This document shows, piece after piece, positions 10,204-22,851 of a DNA stretch of 64,000 bases; the stretch's first letter is position 1, and the number at the start of each line of letters is the position of its first letter. The notes under the pieces were generated by a model. The model was not told the origin of the DNA and searched no databases. It was given only the letters and a program-made list of their open reading frames with translations. The DNA is taken from positions 192,001 to 256,000 of the forward strand of contig CAVRCF010000001.1 in NCBI GenBank assembly GCA_963719505.1, given 5' to 3'. The stretch is from Halobacteriovoraceae bacterium. GTDB taxonomy: Bacteria > Bdellovibrionota > Bacteriovoracia > Bacteriovoracales > Bacteriovoracaceae. The position numbers were made by a program, and so were the translations under genes.

Positions 10204-11233
10204 CTATTCGTTGTTTTGAACTTGTTTCATTATACTGTCAACTTTCATACCTAAACCTAAGCCCCATTTGAGTAAGAATTTCTTTAATTTCATTTAAAGA
10301 CTTTCTACCAAAGTTCTTAGTTCTTAGCATTTCACCTTCAGTTTTAGAAACTAGCTCGTAAATATACTTAATATTAGCATTCTGTAAACAGTTAGCTGAA
10401 CGAACTGAAAGTTCAAGCTCGCATACTGGCTTAAGTAATGCATCATTTGTTGGTGAACTTGAAGTCGTTGTCGCACCGCCGTAGCTAACTTCAACCGGCG
10501 CATCTTCATCTTCAAAGTTTAAGAAAACGTTTAACTGATCTCTTAAAATCTTTGCAGAAAAAGCTACAGCATCTACTGGATCAACACCAGCATTTGTCCA
10601 AACTTCTAAAGTAAGCTTATCGTAATCTGTTCTCTTCCCTACCCTTGCGTTTGTTACAGTGTAGTTTACTCTGTGAACTGGAGAGAAAAGTGTATCGATA
10701 TAAATCCAACCAATCGGAAGATCAAATGCTTCTTTATTATCTAAAGCAGAAACATATCCTTTACCTCTAGCAATTTTAATTTCAATTCTAATGTTACCAC
10801 CAGAAGAGATGTTACAAATTATATGCTCAGGGTTAAGAACTTCAATATTAGCGCTATCAGCGATATCATGAGCTGTTACAGGCCCTTCTACTGTTTTTTC
10901 AAGAACAAGATTAACTTCTTCTTTATCGATTATTTTAAACTTAACTTCTTTCAGGTTTAAAAGGATTTCAGAAACTTCCTCTTTAACGTTATTGATTGTA
11001 CCAAACTCATGATCTACACCATCGATCTTAACAGCAACAATTCCTGCACCCTGAAGTGAAGATAAAAGAACTCTTCTCAAAGAGTTTCCTAAAGTTAGTC
11101 CATAACCTCTTTCAAGAGGCTTAGCGATAAATTTACCATAACTTGGCTTTAGAGCGTCGTTATCAACTTCTAAAGCTGTTGGGCGGATCATATCAACCCA
11201 GTTCTTTGATGAATACGTATTGTTAATAGACAT
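10204..11233 (-). CDS. rpoA: RNA polymerase alpha subunit (one extra G near the 3' end)
   Basis: [37 protein letters not shown]. Removing one G from the GGGG run at ~10262 restores ...[21 protein letters not shown] ending at 10204. Confidence 0.97.
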
Positions 11234-11256
11234 GGAATTATCTCCTTAAATTAAAA

Positions 11257-11649
11257 TTAAACTCTTCTTCTCTTAGGTGCTCTACAACCATTATGTGGCA
11301 TCGGAGACTTATCAGCTACAGATGTGATTTTTAGACCAACACCAAGTAGTGCTCTGATTGCGTTCTCACGTCCTGCACCAGGTCCTTTAACTTTAACGTC
11401 TACAGATGATACGCCATGCTCAATCGCTTTCTTAGCAGCTTCCTGAGAAGCAACCTGTGCAGCAAATGGAGTCGACTTTTTAGATCCTCTGAATCCTAAT
11501 CCACCAGCAGATGCCCATGAGATTGCATTTCCTTGAGGGTCTGCAAATGTAACAATCGTGTTATTAAACGACGCTTGAATGTGACATACAGCGTGCGATA
11601 TATTCTTTTTTACTTTTTTCTTACCAGTTGTTTTAGTTGTCTTAGCCAT
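11257..11649 (-). CDS. rpsK: 30S ribosomal protein S11
   Basis: [31 protein letters not shown]. Confidence 0.98.
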   Translation of the reverse strand: MAKTTKTTGKKKVKKNISHAVCHIQASFNNTIVTFADPQGNAISWASAGGLGFRGSKKSTPFAAQVASQEAAKKAIEHGVSSVDVKVKGPGAGRENAIRALLGVGLKITSVADKSPMPHNGCRAPKRRRV

Positions 11650-11662
11650 AACTATTTCCTAA

Positions 11663-12044
11663 TTATTTCATTGATTTGATTGATTTCTTACCTGCAATTG
11701 CAACTGCTTTACCCTTACGAGTTCTAGCGTTGGTATGCGTTCTTTGTCCACGACAAGGTAAGCTTTTTCTATGTCTCATGCCTCTGTAACACCCAAGATC
11801 TTTCAATCTTTTGATGTTAAGACCGATTTCACGACGAAGGTCACCTTCAACAGTGTACTCATCTAAAATCTTTCTAATTTCATTTGACTTCTTCCTCAGA
11901 TAATTCATTTGAGTTCTTTAGAAGATCAATTCCTGCTTTATTTAAAACTTCTTCGCCAATCATTGGACCAACACCATAAAGTGATCTAATCGCAATTTTC
12001 ATAGCTTTGTTTCTTGGTAAATCTACACCTAATATTCTAGCCAT
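11663..12044 (-). CDS. rpsM: 30S ribosomal protein S13 (frameshifted in this sequence)
   Basis: Start [13 protein letters not shown] at 12044; C-terminal EGDLRRE...GCYRGMRH...[14 protein letters not shown]. Confidence 0.95.
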
Positions 12045-12057
12045 TGTTTTCTCCTAA

Positions 12058-12174
12058 CTAACCTTGTTTCTGCTTGTGTCTAGGGTTCCCTTTACAGATA
12101 ACTCTTAAAACACCTTTTCTTTTGATAATCTTACAGTCTTTACAAATCTTTTTGACTGACGCACGTACTTTCAT
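12058..12174 (-). CDS. rpmJ: 50S ribosomal protein L36, zinc-ribbon (C+) type
   Basis: Manual translation: [38 protein letters not shown] (38 aa, below the ORF-track cutoff). Confidence 0.97.
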   Translation of the reverse strand: MKVRASVKKICKDCKIIKRKGVLRVICKGNPRHKQKQG

Positions 12175-12179
12175 AGTTC

Positions 12180-12407
12180 CTACCCTTTACTTCTGTAAAT
12201 GATTCTCCCTTTTGATAAATCGTACTTGCTAATTTCAACAAGAACTTTATCTCCAGGTAAAATCTTAATAAAATTCATTCTCATCTTCCCACTAATATGG
12301 GCCAAAATTATATGTCCATTCGGTAACTTAACTTTAAATTTTGTGTTTGGGAGTAGTTCTAATACTTCTCCTTCGACTTCTAAAATGTCGTTCTTAGCAT
12401 CTGCCAT
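12180..12407 (-). CDS. infA: Translation initiation factor IF-1
   Basis: [12 protein letters not shown]...[20 protein letters not shown]...KGRIIYR; likely start MADAK at 12407. Confidence 0.97.
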   Translation of the reverse strand: MADAKNDILEVEGEVLELLPNTKFKVKLPNGHIILAHISGKMRMNFIKILPGDKVLVEISKYDLSKGRIIYRSKG

Positions 12408-12479
12408 AAAAAAATTCACCTACAATTGAGCAACTTGTATATAAAACTTAGTGCGAGAATGCAATAAGTAAATAAATAC

Positions 12480-13115
12480 TAATTACTATAATTTTTCTTT
12501 ATATTTGGTTGTATACATGATCGGGGTCTTTTTGAGCGTCAATTGTCGCTAATTTACCCTTTTGACGGAAAAATTCTAAGATTGGATCGATGGTATTTTT
12601 GTAAACTTCCATTCTTTCCCTGACAATTTCTTCTTTGTCGTCAGTTCTCTGAATGAGAGGCTCTCCAGTTACATCACAAACACCTTCAACTTTCGGAGGG
12701 TTAGAGATGAGGTTGTAGATGTGTTTACCATCTTTAGTTATTCTTCTATTAGTAATTCTTTCTATCAAAATATCCAAATCTAAATCAAAGTAGACAGCAA
12801 GGTAGTCATGGCCCGTCTAAAATGCCATCTAAAGTTTTTGCCTGCTCTTCATTACGAGGATATCCATCAAATATATATGTACTATTATTTAAATCTAAAT
12901 TTGCTTTGAGTAATTCTACGACTAAATCATCAGAAACAAGTTGTCCTGCGTCCAGAACACTCTTAACCTTTTTTCCAAGTTCACTTTCCTTAGCAATTTC
13001 TGATCTGTAGTAAGTCTCCAGTTGAAACATGATATAGCCCATCTGTCTTTAGCCTAGCGGACTGAGTTCCTTTACCAGAACCCGGAGCACCTAAAAGAAT
13101 AAGATGCTTTTTCAT
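12480..13115 (-). CDS. adk: Adenylate kinase (frameshifted; 3' end approximate)
   Basis: Start [16 protein letters not shown] at 13115; DGYPRN; lid ...NPPKVEGVCDVTGEPLIQRTDD. Confidence 0.93.
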
Positions 13116-14443
13116 TAGAACCTTCTTCCTGCTCCCTGTATTTACCACGAGACTTGTAGGCTGTGTCGTAACGTTGAGATATCATAAAACTCTCAGCCTG
13201 TGCCATCGTGTCAATTGCTACACCAACAAGAATTAGTAATGATGTTCCACCAAAGTAAAAAGGAACTTTTGCTACGTTAAATAAGATCGCTGGCATAATA
13301 CATATCAATGACATGTAGATACCACCAACAAGTGTTAACCTATCAACAATCATTGTCAAGAAACTCAGCTGTTTTAGCCCCTGGTCTAATACCTGGAACG
13401 AAACCACCATTTTTCTTTAAAGATTCAGATATATCTTCTGTTTTAAATTGAATTTGAGCATAAAAATAACAAAAGAAGATAATTAACCCAACAAAAACAA
13501 CATTATAGAGTGTTTTACCAGGATAAAGTGACTGTTGAATCGTATCCATATAGATTTTAAAAGGACTTCCCTCAGAAACAAACTGCGAGATTGTTGTTGG
13601 AAAACCAAGAAGAGCAGAAGCAAAAATCGGAGGCATAACACCAGCGATATTAACTTTAACTGGAAGGTGAGATGTTTGCCCTCCAAAGACTCTATTATTA
13701 ACTACTCTTTTGGCGTATTGAACTGGTACTTTTCTAAAAGCTTTCTCGTGAAAATAATGATCCAGAAAGAGCAAGCATAATAGCGGCAACAAGACCTAAG
13801 TTTAGACCTGACAATCTCACCATTTTTGAAAAGATTTACCGTATCTCTACATACCGTCAGGTATACCAGCTGCAATACCGGCAAAGATAATTAGTGAAAT
13901 ACCGTTTCCAATACCTCTTTCAGTTATCTGCTCACCTAGCCACATAACAAACATTGTTCCGGCAGTAAGAGTAATAACGGTTAGCAGCTCTAAAAGACAT
14001 TCCTGGCTCTAGAACAATTGGTAAGACCACTTGGACTTTTAAGTGCTTCAAGACCAACAGCATAAACCGTACCCTTGAATCATACAAAGAAGAACTGTTG
14101 CGTATCTTGTCCATTGTTGAATTTTTTTATGACCATCTTGCTCTTTTTGAATTTCGGCAAGAGCTGGAAATGAAACTGCAAGAAGGCTGAAGATAATTGA
14201 ACATGTAATATACGGCATAATTCCAAGTGCAAGAACACGAGAATCTCTCAAGAGCTCCACCTGTAAAATTATTGAATACTCCAAAAACAGATCCTTGCAT
14301 ACTTCAAAAAATGAAGACTAAGCGCTGAAGCATCAACACCTGGAGTAGGGACCTGAGTCGCTATTCTAAAAACACCTAGTATAAAGTAACGTAAAAAATA
14401 TTCTTTTACGTAATTCTTCTATCTTTCCTTGCGCTGTAGACAT
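13115..14443 (-). CDS. secY: Preprotein translocase SecY (multiple frameshifts)
   Basis: Fragments [48 protein letters not shown]; start [11 protein letters not shown] at 14443. Confidence 0.95.
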
Positions 14444-14444
14444 T

Positions 14445-14946
14445 TTACTTAGCCTCTTTTTTCTCGATTTTGCTCTTTTCCAGCAATAACTACTTTTTCA
14501 ATCTTTCCACCAGCTTTTTCAATCAGCTTCTTGAGCAGACTTAGAAAATTTATCAATAGTTTTGAAATGTTAAAGCTTTAGTAAAGTCACCCTTACTAAG
14601 AATTTTAATTGGTAGTCTTTTATTTTTACCGCTTAAAAGCCCTTTTGCAATTAGATTCTCTCTATTTACTTCTTCACCATCAAACTTTGCAGTTCGATTT
14701 GGCCAAGTAGTAACAATTGCATATTCTGTTTTGAATGGTGCATTAGAGAAACCTCTTTTAGGAAGTCTTCTATAGATAGGCATTTGCCCACCTTCGAAAC
14801 CAAGCATTACTCCACCACCAGATCTTGCTTTTTGACCTTTGTGACCTTTACCCGCTTGAGTACCCTGACCAGAACCTTGTCCTCTACCAATTCTTTTTGT
14901 GTTTTTTGTGCGCCTTTTGGGCTTTTTAAATTATTTAAGTAAGCAT
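14445..14946 (-). CDS. rplO: 50S ribosomal protein L15 (frameshifted)
   Basis: [44 protein letters not shown]. Confidence 0.95.
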
Positions 14947-14971
14947 ATAACCTCTATGATTAAACCTAAGC

Positions 14972-15157
14972 TTATTTTTCTTCGATAACATCAATTAAGT
15001 GAATAACCTTTTTGATCATCCCTCTAACAGATGGTGTGTTTTCTAATGTTCTAGTTGAATTCAGTTTTTCTTAAGACCTAATCCTCTAACATTAGCTTTA
15101 TTGCTTTTCTGTGCAAGAGATAATACTTTTTTTAAGTCTAATAGTTATTGTACTCAT
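14972..15157 (-). CDS. rpmD: 50S ribosomal protein L30 (frameshifted)
   Basis: [11 protein letters not shown]...[23 protein letters not shown]; lies between rpsE and rplO. Confidence 0.9.
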
Positions 15158-15197
15158 TTTATTCTCCACGGCTAATCTAGCCTTTAGAAGTTTCTAA

Positions 15198-15806
15198 TTA
15201 TTTGCTAGAGATTCTTAGACTCTTTGCTTCTACTCCACGAGCAGCTAGCAACAGTCTCAACCGATCTTAAATGCTTTAAGAGCAGCAAAAGTTGCTTTTA
15301 CAACGTTATGTGGGTTTGAACCTCTAAGAGATTTTGTTAATACATCTTTAACACCAGCTAGTTCTAAGAATTGAACGACATGCACCAGCTGCCTTAACCC
15401 CAGTACCTTCAGAAGCTGGTTTAAAAAGAATCTTTCCAGCATCAAATTCCCCAATAATTGTGTGAGGAATAGTTCCTTTTTCAATTGGAACATTAATCAT
15501 TCTTTTAGCAGCAACTTGAGAAGCTTTTCTAATAGCATCAGGAACTTCTTTTGCTTTACCAAGTCCGTAACCAACTTACCTTTCATATCACCAACGATTA
15601 CTAAGAGCAGAGAAAGAGAACCTACGTCCACCTTTAACAACTTTTGCAACTCTGATTAACAGCAACAACTCTTTCTTCAAACTCAGGAGCACCGTTTGTT
15701 CTCAGGTTTCTTTGGAGCTCTAGGAGTCTCTCTCTTTGTGGTTTTTTACCTTTTGGAGCAGCTTGTTTTAGCTTCAACTTCGTGTTTTTCGGTTCTCAGT
15801 AGTCAT
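15198..15806 (-). CDS. rpsE: 30S ribosomal protein S5 with N-terminal extension (frameshifted)
   Basis: [55 protein letters not shown]. Confidence 0.95.
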
Positions 15807-15823
15807 TATATTTATCCCCTAAA

Positions 15824-16201
15824 TTAGATTTGAATTCCACCTTCTCTTATTGAATTCGCTAAAGCTGCAACAACACCTGTATACTTCTTTCCATTTCTAT
15901 CAAAGACAGCTTTTTCAATATTCTTTCCTGCAAGACCTTTAGCAACTGCTAGTACCAACAATTTTAGCACCTTCAGTACTTGAGTTAGTGCCAACAGCAT
16001 TTTTTCCAAAAGTTTGAACAGAAAAAAAGTTTTGTTAGTTGAAGCATCATCAATAACTTGAACAAAAAGATTATTGTTCGTCTTTGTTGCACAAATTCTT
16101 GGTCTCTCAGTAGTACCAATAATTTTCTTTCTTGTTGATAACTTTCTTCTTTGCTCTTTAGCTTTTGATGCATTTTTTATTTTCTTTAATGATTTTCTCA
16201 T
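15824..16201 (-). CDS. rplR: 50S ribosomal protein L18
   Basis: GTTERPR...VQVIDD...VFDRNGKKYTGVVAALA; an internal segment looks locally out of frame. Confidence 0.95.
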   Translation of the reverse strand: MRKSLKKIKNASKAKEQRRKLSTRKKIIGTTERPRICATKTNNNLFVQVIDDASTNKTFFLFKLLEKMLLALTQVLKVLKLLVLAVAKGLAGKNIEKAVFDRNGKKYTGVVAALANSIREGGIQI

Positions 16202-16213
16202 ATTTTCTACCTA

Positions 16214-16760
16214 TTATTTTTTAGCACCTGTTTTACCAGCTTTTCTAATAATTGTTTCATCAGCAGTATTTAATACCTTTACCTTTGTAAGGCTCAGGTG
16301 GTCTGAATGATCTAATTTTAGCTGCAGCAAAACCAACTAGTTCTTTGCTTATTCCAGAAACTTCAATATCATTTTTCGCTACAGTTGCTTCAATACCTTC
16401 AGGAAGTTTGTATTCTATTGGGTGTGAATAACCAAGGTTTAGAGTCATTGTGTCACCTTGAACAGCAGCTTTATAACCAACACCTGTAAACGTCTAGAGT
16501 CTTTAGTGAAACCATCAGTTACACCAATAACCATATTATTTACTAAGTGTTCTAGTTAATCCCCAAAGAGCTCTGTTTTTCTTAGTTTCATCAACAGGCT
16601 TAACAGTAATTGTACTTATCTTCTTGCTCAACAGTAACGCCCTCATGATGAGTAAATCTCTAAGTTGACCTTTGGGCCCTTTACAGCAATTTTTCTATCG
16701 TCAATCTTTAACAGTAACTTTTTCTGGAACTGTTATTGGTTGTTTACCAATTCTTGACAT
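16214..16760 (-). CDS. rplF: 50S ribosomal protein L6 (frameshifted)
   Basis: MSRIGKQPI at 16760; [19 protein letters not shown]. Confidence 0.95.
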
Positions 16761-16769
16761 GGTTAACTC

Positions 16770-17154
16770 CTACCAAACGTTACAAAGAACTTCACCACCA
16801 AGCTTCATCGCTTTCGCTTTTCTAGAGGATACAATTCCTGCTGAAGTTGAAACAATTGAAACACCTAGTCCACTTAGAACTCTTGGCATCTCTCTGTAAC
16901 CTTTATAAATTCTTAAACCAGGCTTAGATACTCTTTCAATTCCAACAATAGCATCTTCTTTAACACCAACTCTTAATGTTAAGACTGTTCATCTTTAGCT
17001 ACAATTTTAAAGTTTTTGATAAATCCTTCTTCTTTAAGAACTTTAGCAAATATTGGCTTTAATTTTACTTGCTGGCATATCTACTTTCGTATGATCTTGC
17101 TCTCGCACCATTTCTTATTCTTGTTAGCATGTCTGCTAGTGGATCAGTCATCAT
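16770..17154 (-). CDS. rpsH: 30S ribosomal protein S8 (frameshifted)
   Basis: [46 protein letters not shown]. Confidence 0.95.
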
Positions 17155-17166
17155 AATTTTATTCTC

Positions 17167-17475
17167 CTACCAACTAGCCTTAGTCACACCAGGGATAATC
17201 CTTGTGTGCTAGTTCTCTAAAATGTGATTCTGCATAATTTGAAAGTCTCTATAATATCCTCTAGGTCTTCCAGTAACTTCACAACGATTTCTCACTCTGA
17301 TTCGACTAGTATCTCTAGGCATTTTCTGAAGCTTCTTCTAAAGCATTATCTCTATCTTCATCGATAGCGTTAGGATCTGACAATGCATGTTTCTAAGTTC
17401 AGCTCTTTTAGGCTCACCCTTCTCAGCCATTTTTCTTCTTCTATTATTTTTTGCAATTGAACTTATTTTCGCCAT
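17167..17475 (-). CDS. rpsN: 30S ribosomal protein S14, long (~100 aa) zinc-independent type (frameshifted)
   Basis: [15 protein letters not shown]...[29 protein letters not shown]...PGVTKASW*. Confidence 0.93.
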
Positions 17476-17485
17476 AATAATTTCC

Positions 17486-18037
17486 TTATTTCTCTCTGAA
17501 AGGCATTCCAAACATTTTTAATAAGATCTCTTCCTTCTTCGTTAGTTTTCGCTGTTGTTACAAATGAGATTCCCATTCCACGAACTTTATCGATTTTATC
17601 GTAGTTAATCTCAGGAAACATGATTTGCTCTTTCATTCCTAATGAGTAATTTCCTTTACCATCAAAAGCTTTAGGGCTTAAACCTCTAAAGTCTTTAACT
17701 CTTGGAAGAGAAAAAGAAATCATAGTCTATCTAGGAATTCGTACATTCTTTGCACCTCTAAGAGTTACTGATGCTCCAAGAGCTTGACCTTCTCTAAGCT
17801 TAAATGAAGCAATTGAGTTTTTAGCTCTTGCGATAACAGGCTTTTGTCCCGAAATTGCAGTTAAGTCTGACAACAATACCTTCAACAACTTTACCGTTAG
17901 TAACTGCATCACGATGTAACACAGTTAATAACTATTTTTTCAAGCTTTGGAATCTGATGAACGTTTTTATATTTGTACTTGTCCATCATTTTCTTTTTAA
18001 TCTCTGATTTATACAGAGTTTTCATTCTAGTACTCAT
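17486..18037 (-). CDS. rplE: 50S ribosomal protein L5 (frameshifted)
   Basis: [43 protein letters not shown]. Confidence 0.95.
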
Positions 18038-18048
18038 GACTTCTCTAA

Positions 18049-18366
18049 TTATTTTAATACAGAACCGCATGTAGTGCGACTCTTAGTTTTCTTTCCATCT
18101 TTGTTCTTCAATTCTTACTCTTGTAGCTTTCCCAGTCTTTGGAGAAACAAGAGCAATATTACGTAAATGAATAGGTTTTTCCATTTCAGAAAATCCACCA
18201 GATGGATTTTCTTGAGTAGGCTTCATTGCTTTTTTAACCATGTTAACACCTTCAACAAGAACAGTGTTCTCTTTTAGAGTTATAGATTAGTACAGTTTAC
18301 CTTTTTTGCCCTTTATCTTTTCCGGCAATAACTAATTACTTCGTCGTTTAATTTTAACTTTTGCAT
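18049..18366 (-). CDS. rplX: 50S ribosomal protein L24 (frameshifted)
   Basis: [31 protein letters not shown]; lies between rplN and rplE. Confidence 0.92.
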
Positions 18367-18380
18367 GATTTTATCCTACT

Positions 18381-18754
18381 CTAAAGTACTTCTGGAGCTA
18401 AAGAACAAATCTTAGTAAAATTTTTGTTTCTTAGTTCTCTTGCAACAGGTCCAAATATACGTGTACCAACAGGATCTTGTCCTTGAGCACCCAAGTATAA
18501 CAACACTGTTTTTATCAAATCTGAATATAAGATCCATCTTCTCTTCTAATTGGATATTCAGTTCTTACGATTACTGCTTTCTTAACATCACCTTTCTTGA
18601 TTTTTCCACCAGGAAGTGCTTGTTGAACAGCAACAACAATAATGTCACCAAGAGCAGCAGACATTCTTTTAGATCCACCAAGAACCTTAATACACTTTAC
18701 TATCTTTGCTCCTGAGTTATCTGCAACTTCTAGTTTTGTTTGCATTTGTATCAT
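18381..18754 (-). CDS. rplN: 50S ribosomal protein L14 (frameshifted)
   Basis: [17 protein letters not shown]...[13 protein letters not shown]...[10 protein letters not shown]. Confidence 0.96.
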
Positions 18755-18786
18755 TTTATTACTCCTCACTTCTTTGACGATTAAAT

Positions 18787-19040
18787 CTATTTAGAAATAG
18801 TTCCCACTTCTTTAATTTAGAATGTGGTCTTGATTCGATAATTGTTACAACATCACCAATTCATGCAGCAGTATTAGATTCATCATGAGCATGATACTTC
18901 TTAGTCTTGATTTACGAACTTACTGTAAACAGGGTGCTTAAAACGTCTTTCAACTTTTACTACAATTGTTTTTTCACCTTTATGCACTTACAACAGTACC
19001 TCTTCAGTGTTCTTTTAAATCTTTTACTTGTTTCGCTCAT
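18787..19040 (-). CDS. rpsQ: 30S ribosomal protein S17 (frameshifted)
   Basis: KTIVVKVE..., [26 protein letters not shown]. Confidence 0.92.
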
Positions 19041-19046
19041 GATTAT

Positions 19047-19240
19047 TTACTCCTTCTTTAGTGTTTAAAACAGTTATAAGTCTTGCAATATCTCTTTTGA
19101 TGTCTTCTAAACATATGAGTTTTCTCAACATTAGTTGTTGATTTTTGGAGTTTCAAATCGAAAAGTTCTTTTCTTAGCTCAGAAACTTTTTGGTTAATTG
19201 CAGCGCTATCAAGCGTACTAATTTCTTTCATTTTTAGCAT
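19047..19240 (-). CDS. rpmC: 50S ribosomal protein L29 (3' frameshift; end approximate)
   Basis: MLKMKEI...ELRKELFDLKLQK; synteny. Confidence 0.9.
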
Positions 19241-19295
19241 AACTTAACCTCTATATTAATTATTGGGCGCTTATATAACACTTGGCCCAATAATT

Positions 19296-19709
19296 CTACT
19301 CTTCTTTTGATAATTATCTTCGTTTTTATAGGAAGTTTATACTTAGCAAGCATTAATGCATCTTTTGCTAGTTTCGTGATCAACACCATTAATCTCAAAT
19401 AATACTCTTCCTGGCTTAATAACAGCTACCCATTTCTCAGGAGATCCCTTACCTTTACCCATTCTAACTTCAGCTGGCTTTCTTCGTTAAGAGACTTATC
19501 AGGAAAGATTTTAATCCAAATGTTACCACCTCTTTTGGTTTTTCTTGAAATTGCAATCCTGGCTGCTTCAATTTGTCTGTCTGTAATATAGCCACATTCA
19601 ACGGCTTGGATAGCAATATCACCAAAGCAATATGATTTCCTCTATTAGCAGTACCTTTCATTCGACCTTTTTGCTGCTTTCTCCATTTTACTTTCTTAGG
19701 ACTTAACAT
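19296..19709 (-). CDS. rplP: 50S ribosomal protein L16 (frameshifted)
   Basis: [38 protein letters not shown]. Confidence 0.95.
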
Positions 19710-19785
19710 TTTTTACCTCAATGTTAATAAATTTAAGTCGTTCTCATTGTTTAGACACGTTTCTACATGTAATAATTACACAGTA

Positions 19786-20416
19786 TTACTTCTTGTAGAC
19801 TTCACCTTTATAAACCCAAACTTTTACACCAATAATTCCGTATTGAGTTTTAGCTTCAGCAGTTTCGTAGTCAATATCAGCACGAAGAGTATGTAGAGGA
19901 ACTTTTCTCTCAGAATACCCTTCAGTTCTTGCCATCTCAGCTCCACCAAGACGTACCAGAACACTTAACTTTGATCCCTTTAACACCTGATCTAAATGCA
20001 GAAGTCATCACTTTCTTCATTGCTCTTCTGAATGCAACTCTTTTTTCAAGTTGAGCAGCAATATTTTCAGCAATAAGTTTAGCTTCAGCATCTGGTCTCT
20101 TAACTTCAGCGATATTGAAGAAAAGTGTTCCTTTAGCTAATCTTCTTAAGATCATTTCTAATCTTATCAATTCCAGCACCTTTTTTACCGATTGCGACAC
20201 CAGGCTTAGCTGAAAAAACTGTAACTTTAACTTGATCAGAAGTTCTAGTAATCTCTGTTTTAGCAATCGCAGCATTGCTAAATTCTTCTCGATATACTTT
20301 CGGATCCTTAGGTCTTCTTGAAGAGTTGCACCATAATTTTCTTTTGCGTACCAATTAGAATGCCAATCTTTGATATAACCTAATCTAAAACCGTATGGAT
20401 GTACTTTTTGTCCCAT
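19786..20416 (-). CDS. rpsC: 30S ribosomal protein S3 (frameshifted)
   Basis: [46 protein letters not shown]. Confidence 0.97.
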
Positions 20417-20428
20417 TATTAATCTTCC

Positions 20429-20765
20429 TTATGCTTCTTTTAAAGCAACAGTTACGTAGCTAGTTCTTTTTCTAATTCTTAAAAGCTCTACCTTGCGCTC
20501 TTGGTTGAATTCGTTTTAAGAGTTGGACCTTCGTCAACCATAATTGTCACCGATAACTAAGTTATCTAAGATCATACTTTTCACTATCAGAAGCGATTTG
20601 AAGACCACTGTTAAGTAGTTTCGTAAGCATAATTGCGATTTCTTTCTTCTCACTAAAGCGAAGAATTCTTAGTGCTTCTTCAACTTTTTTGTTTCTGATT
20701 AGATCACAACTTGTCTTACTTTTCTGGGCAGACTTATCAACGTTATTATTTTTTACTACAATCAT
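20429..20765 (-). CDS. rplV: 50S ribosomal protein L22 (frameshifted)
   Basis: DLIRNKKVEEAL, VDEGPTLKRIQPRAQGRA; synteny. Confidence 0.92.
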
Positions 20766-20779
20766 TTTATACCTACCTA

Positions 20780-21061
20780 TTATTTCTTAGACTTTTTATC
20801 AGCACCATGGCCGTAATAAGTTCTTGTAAGTGAAAATTCTCCAAGCTTGTGACCAACCATATTGTCAGTTACAAATACTGGAATAAATTTCTTTCCATTA
20901 TGAACAGCAAAAGTTAATCCAATAAACTCAGGGAAGAATAGTTGATCTTCTAGACCAAGTCTTGATAACCTTATTTGCTTTTCCTTCTGCTTTAGCTGCA
21001 TCAACTTTTTTAAGTAGAGACTGTAATCAACGTAAGGACCTTTTTTAAGTGAACGAGCCAT
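20780..21061 (-). CDS. rpsS: 30S ribosomal protein S19
   Basis: [32 protein letters not shown]; an internal segment is locally out of frame. Confidence 0.96.
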   Translation of the reverse strand: MARSLKKGPYVDYSLYLKKLMQLKQKEKQIRLSRLGLEDQLFFPEFIGLTFAVHNGKKFIPVFVTDNMVGHKLGEFSLTRTYYGHGADKKSKK

Positions 21062-21076
21062 TTATATTCTCCTAAA

Positions 21077-21906
21077 TTACTTTCTTCTCTTAACAATGAA
21101 CTGGTTAGTTCTCTTGTTTTTTCTAGTCTTATAACCTTTAGTTGGTTTACCCCAAGGAGTAACTGGGTGTCTACCACCTGAAGTTCTACCTTCACCACCA
21201 CCATGCGGGTGATCAACTGGGTTCATAACAACACCTCTAACTTTAGGTCTTCGTCCTCGAAGTCTGATTCTTACCAGCTTTACCGATATTAATTTGCTCA
21301 TGCTCAAGATTTCCAACCTGACCGATAGTTGCTCGACAGTTATTTTTTACTTTTCTCACTTCACCAGAAGGAAGTCTTAAAAGAGCTTCTTTCCCTTCTT
21401 TAGCCATAAGTTGAGCATAAGATCCGGCTGAACGAGCTAGCTGTCCACCACTTCTTGGATGTAAGTTCAACATTATGAACTAAAGTACCAACTGGAATAT
21501 CTTTTAAGAAGTTTTGAGTTTCCAACTTTAATATCTGCATCGTCAGAAGAGATGACTGTATCACCAACTTTAAGTCCGTGTGGAGCTAAAATATAAGTCT
21601 TTACACCATCAGCATAACAAATCAGAGCAATATTACATGTTCTGTTTGGATCATATTCAATTGACTTAACAGTTGCAGGAATATCCAGTCTTTTGTCTTT
21701 TAAAATCAATAATTCTGTACTTTTGTTTTACACCACCACCGCGACGTCTTGAAGTGATACGTCCGTGAGCATTTCTACCAGCAGTCTTTTTCTTAGTGGC
21801 TAATAATGACTTCTCAGGTGTTGCGCCTTTAGTTAAAGCCATCGCTGTTATAACAGCCATTTGTCTTAGTGATGGAGTTGTTGGTCTTAAATTTTTTAAT
21901 ACCCAT
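21077..21906 (-). CDS. rplB: 50S ribosomal protein L2 (frameshifted)
   Basis: [40 protein letters not shown]. Confidence 0.97.
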
Positions 21907-21923
21907 AATTCCTCTTTTTTATG

Positions 21924-22212
21924 TTATATACCTTTAAATAAGTTCTAGCTTTTGTCCGTCTGGATTTGCACATAAGCTTTTTTCCAAGAAGCAGACTTCT
22001 TCAAGCGCTTTACCAGCTCGTTTGAACTTTCCCAGGAGTGTAGCAGTTTTTACGTTAACAACTTTTACATCAAACATTTTTTCAACAGCGTCTTTAACTT
22101 GATACTTGCTCGCTTTTCTTTGAACTTTAAAAACATATCTGTTTGTCATTTTCAGTTTCCATTGAGCTTTTTCTGTTAATAGAGGCTTTATTAAGATTTC
22201 TTCTATATGCAT
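21924..22212 (-). CDS. rplW: 50S ribosomal protein L23 (frameshifted)
   Basis: MHIEEILIKPLLTEK...YVFKV...KDAVEKMFDVKVVNVKT. Confidence 0.93.
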
Positions 22213-22214
22213 AA

Positions 22215-22841
22215 TTACACCAGCCTTCTTAATAAGTTTTTCTAGAGCAGCTTTTTCAATGATTAAGTTTTCAAACTTAACTGCTTCATAAACACTGAAA
22301 CCTTCAACAGCCATTGTCTTTAGCATTTCTAATATTTCTTGCAGCTAAAATTGCTTTTGAGTCTGTCTTCTCAGTAACAACTAGTGCAGGTAAGAAGATT
22401 TTTCTCACTTGAGAGTCTTGCAAACATCTCTTTGGTTTTTCCGTTAGAATCTATAGATTCAACAACAGTTAATTTTCCAGCTTGAAACTTATCAGCGATT
22501 ACCGACTGAATAGCTTTAAGCATCATTTTTTTATTAACTTTTTGAGTGAAATCTCTTTTTTGTGGACCAAAAGCAGTACCACCGCCAACCATGATTGGTG
22601 AACGAGTAGAACCTTGTCTTGCACGACCAGTACCTTTTTGCTTGAAAGGCTTAGCACCACCACCCAGAAACGTTTCCACGAGTCTTAGTGTGAGCGTTAC
22701 CTTGTCTTCTGCCTGCAAGAGTTGCCTTAACGATTTGGTGAACAGCAGAAACACTTACAACATCAGCATCTAGGTTGATATCAGTAGCAAGAGATCCAGA
22801 TTTTTCAAATTTATCGAATTTAATACAGCTATATCAGTCAT
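22215..22841 (-). CDS. rplD: 50S ribosomal protein L4 (frameshifted)
   Basis: GGGAKPFKQKGTGRARQGSTRSP, GGGTAFGP, KVNKK. Confidence 0.95.
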
Positions 22842-22851
22842 TTCTTACTCC

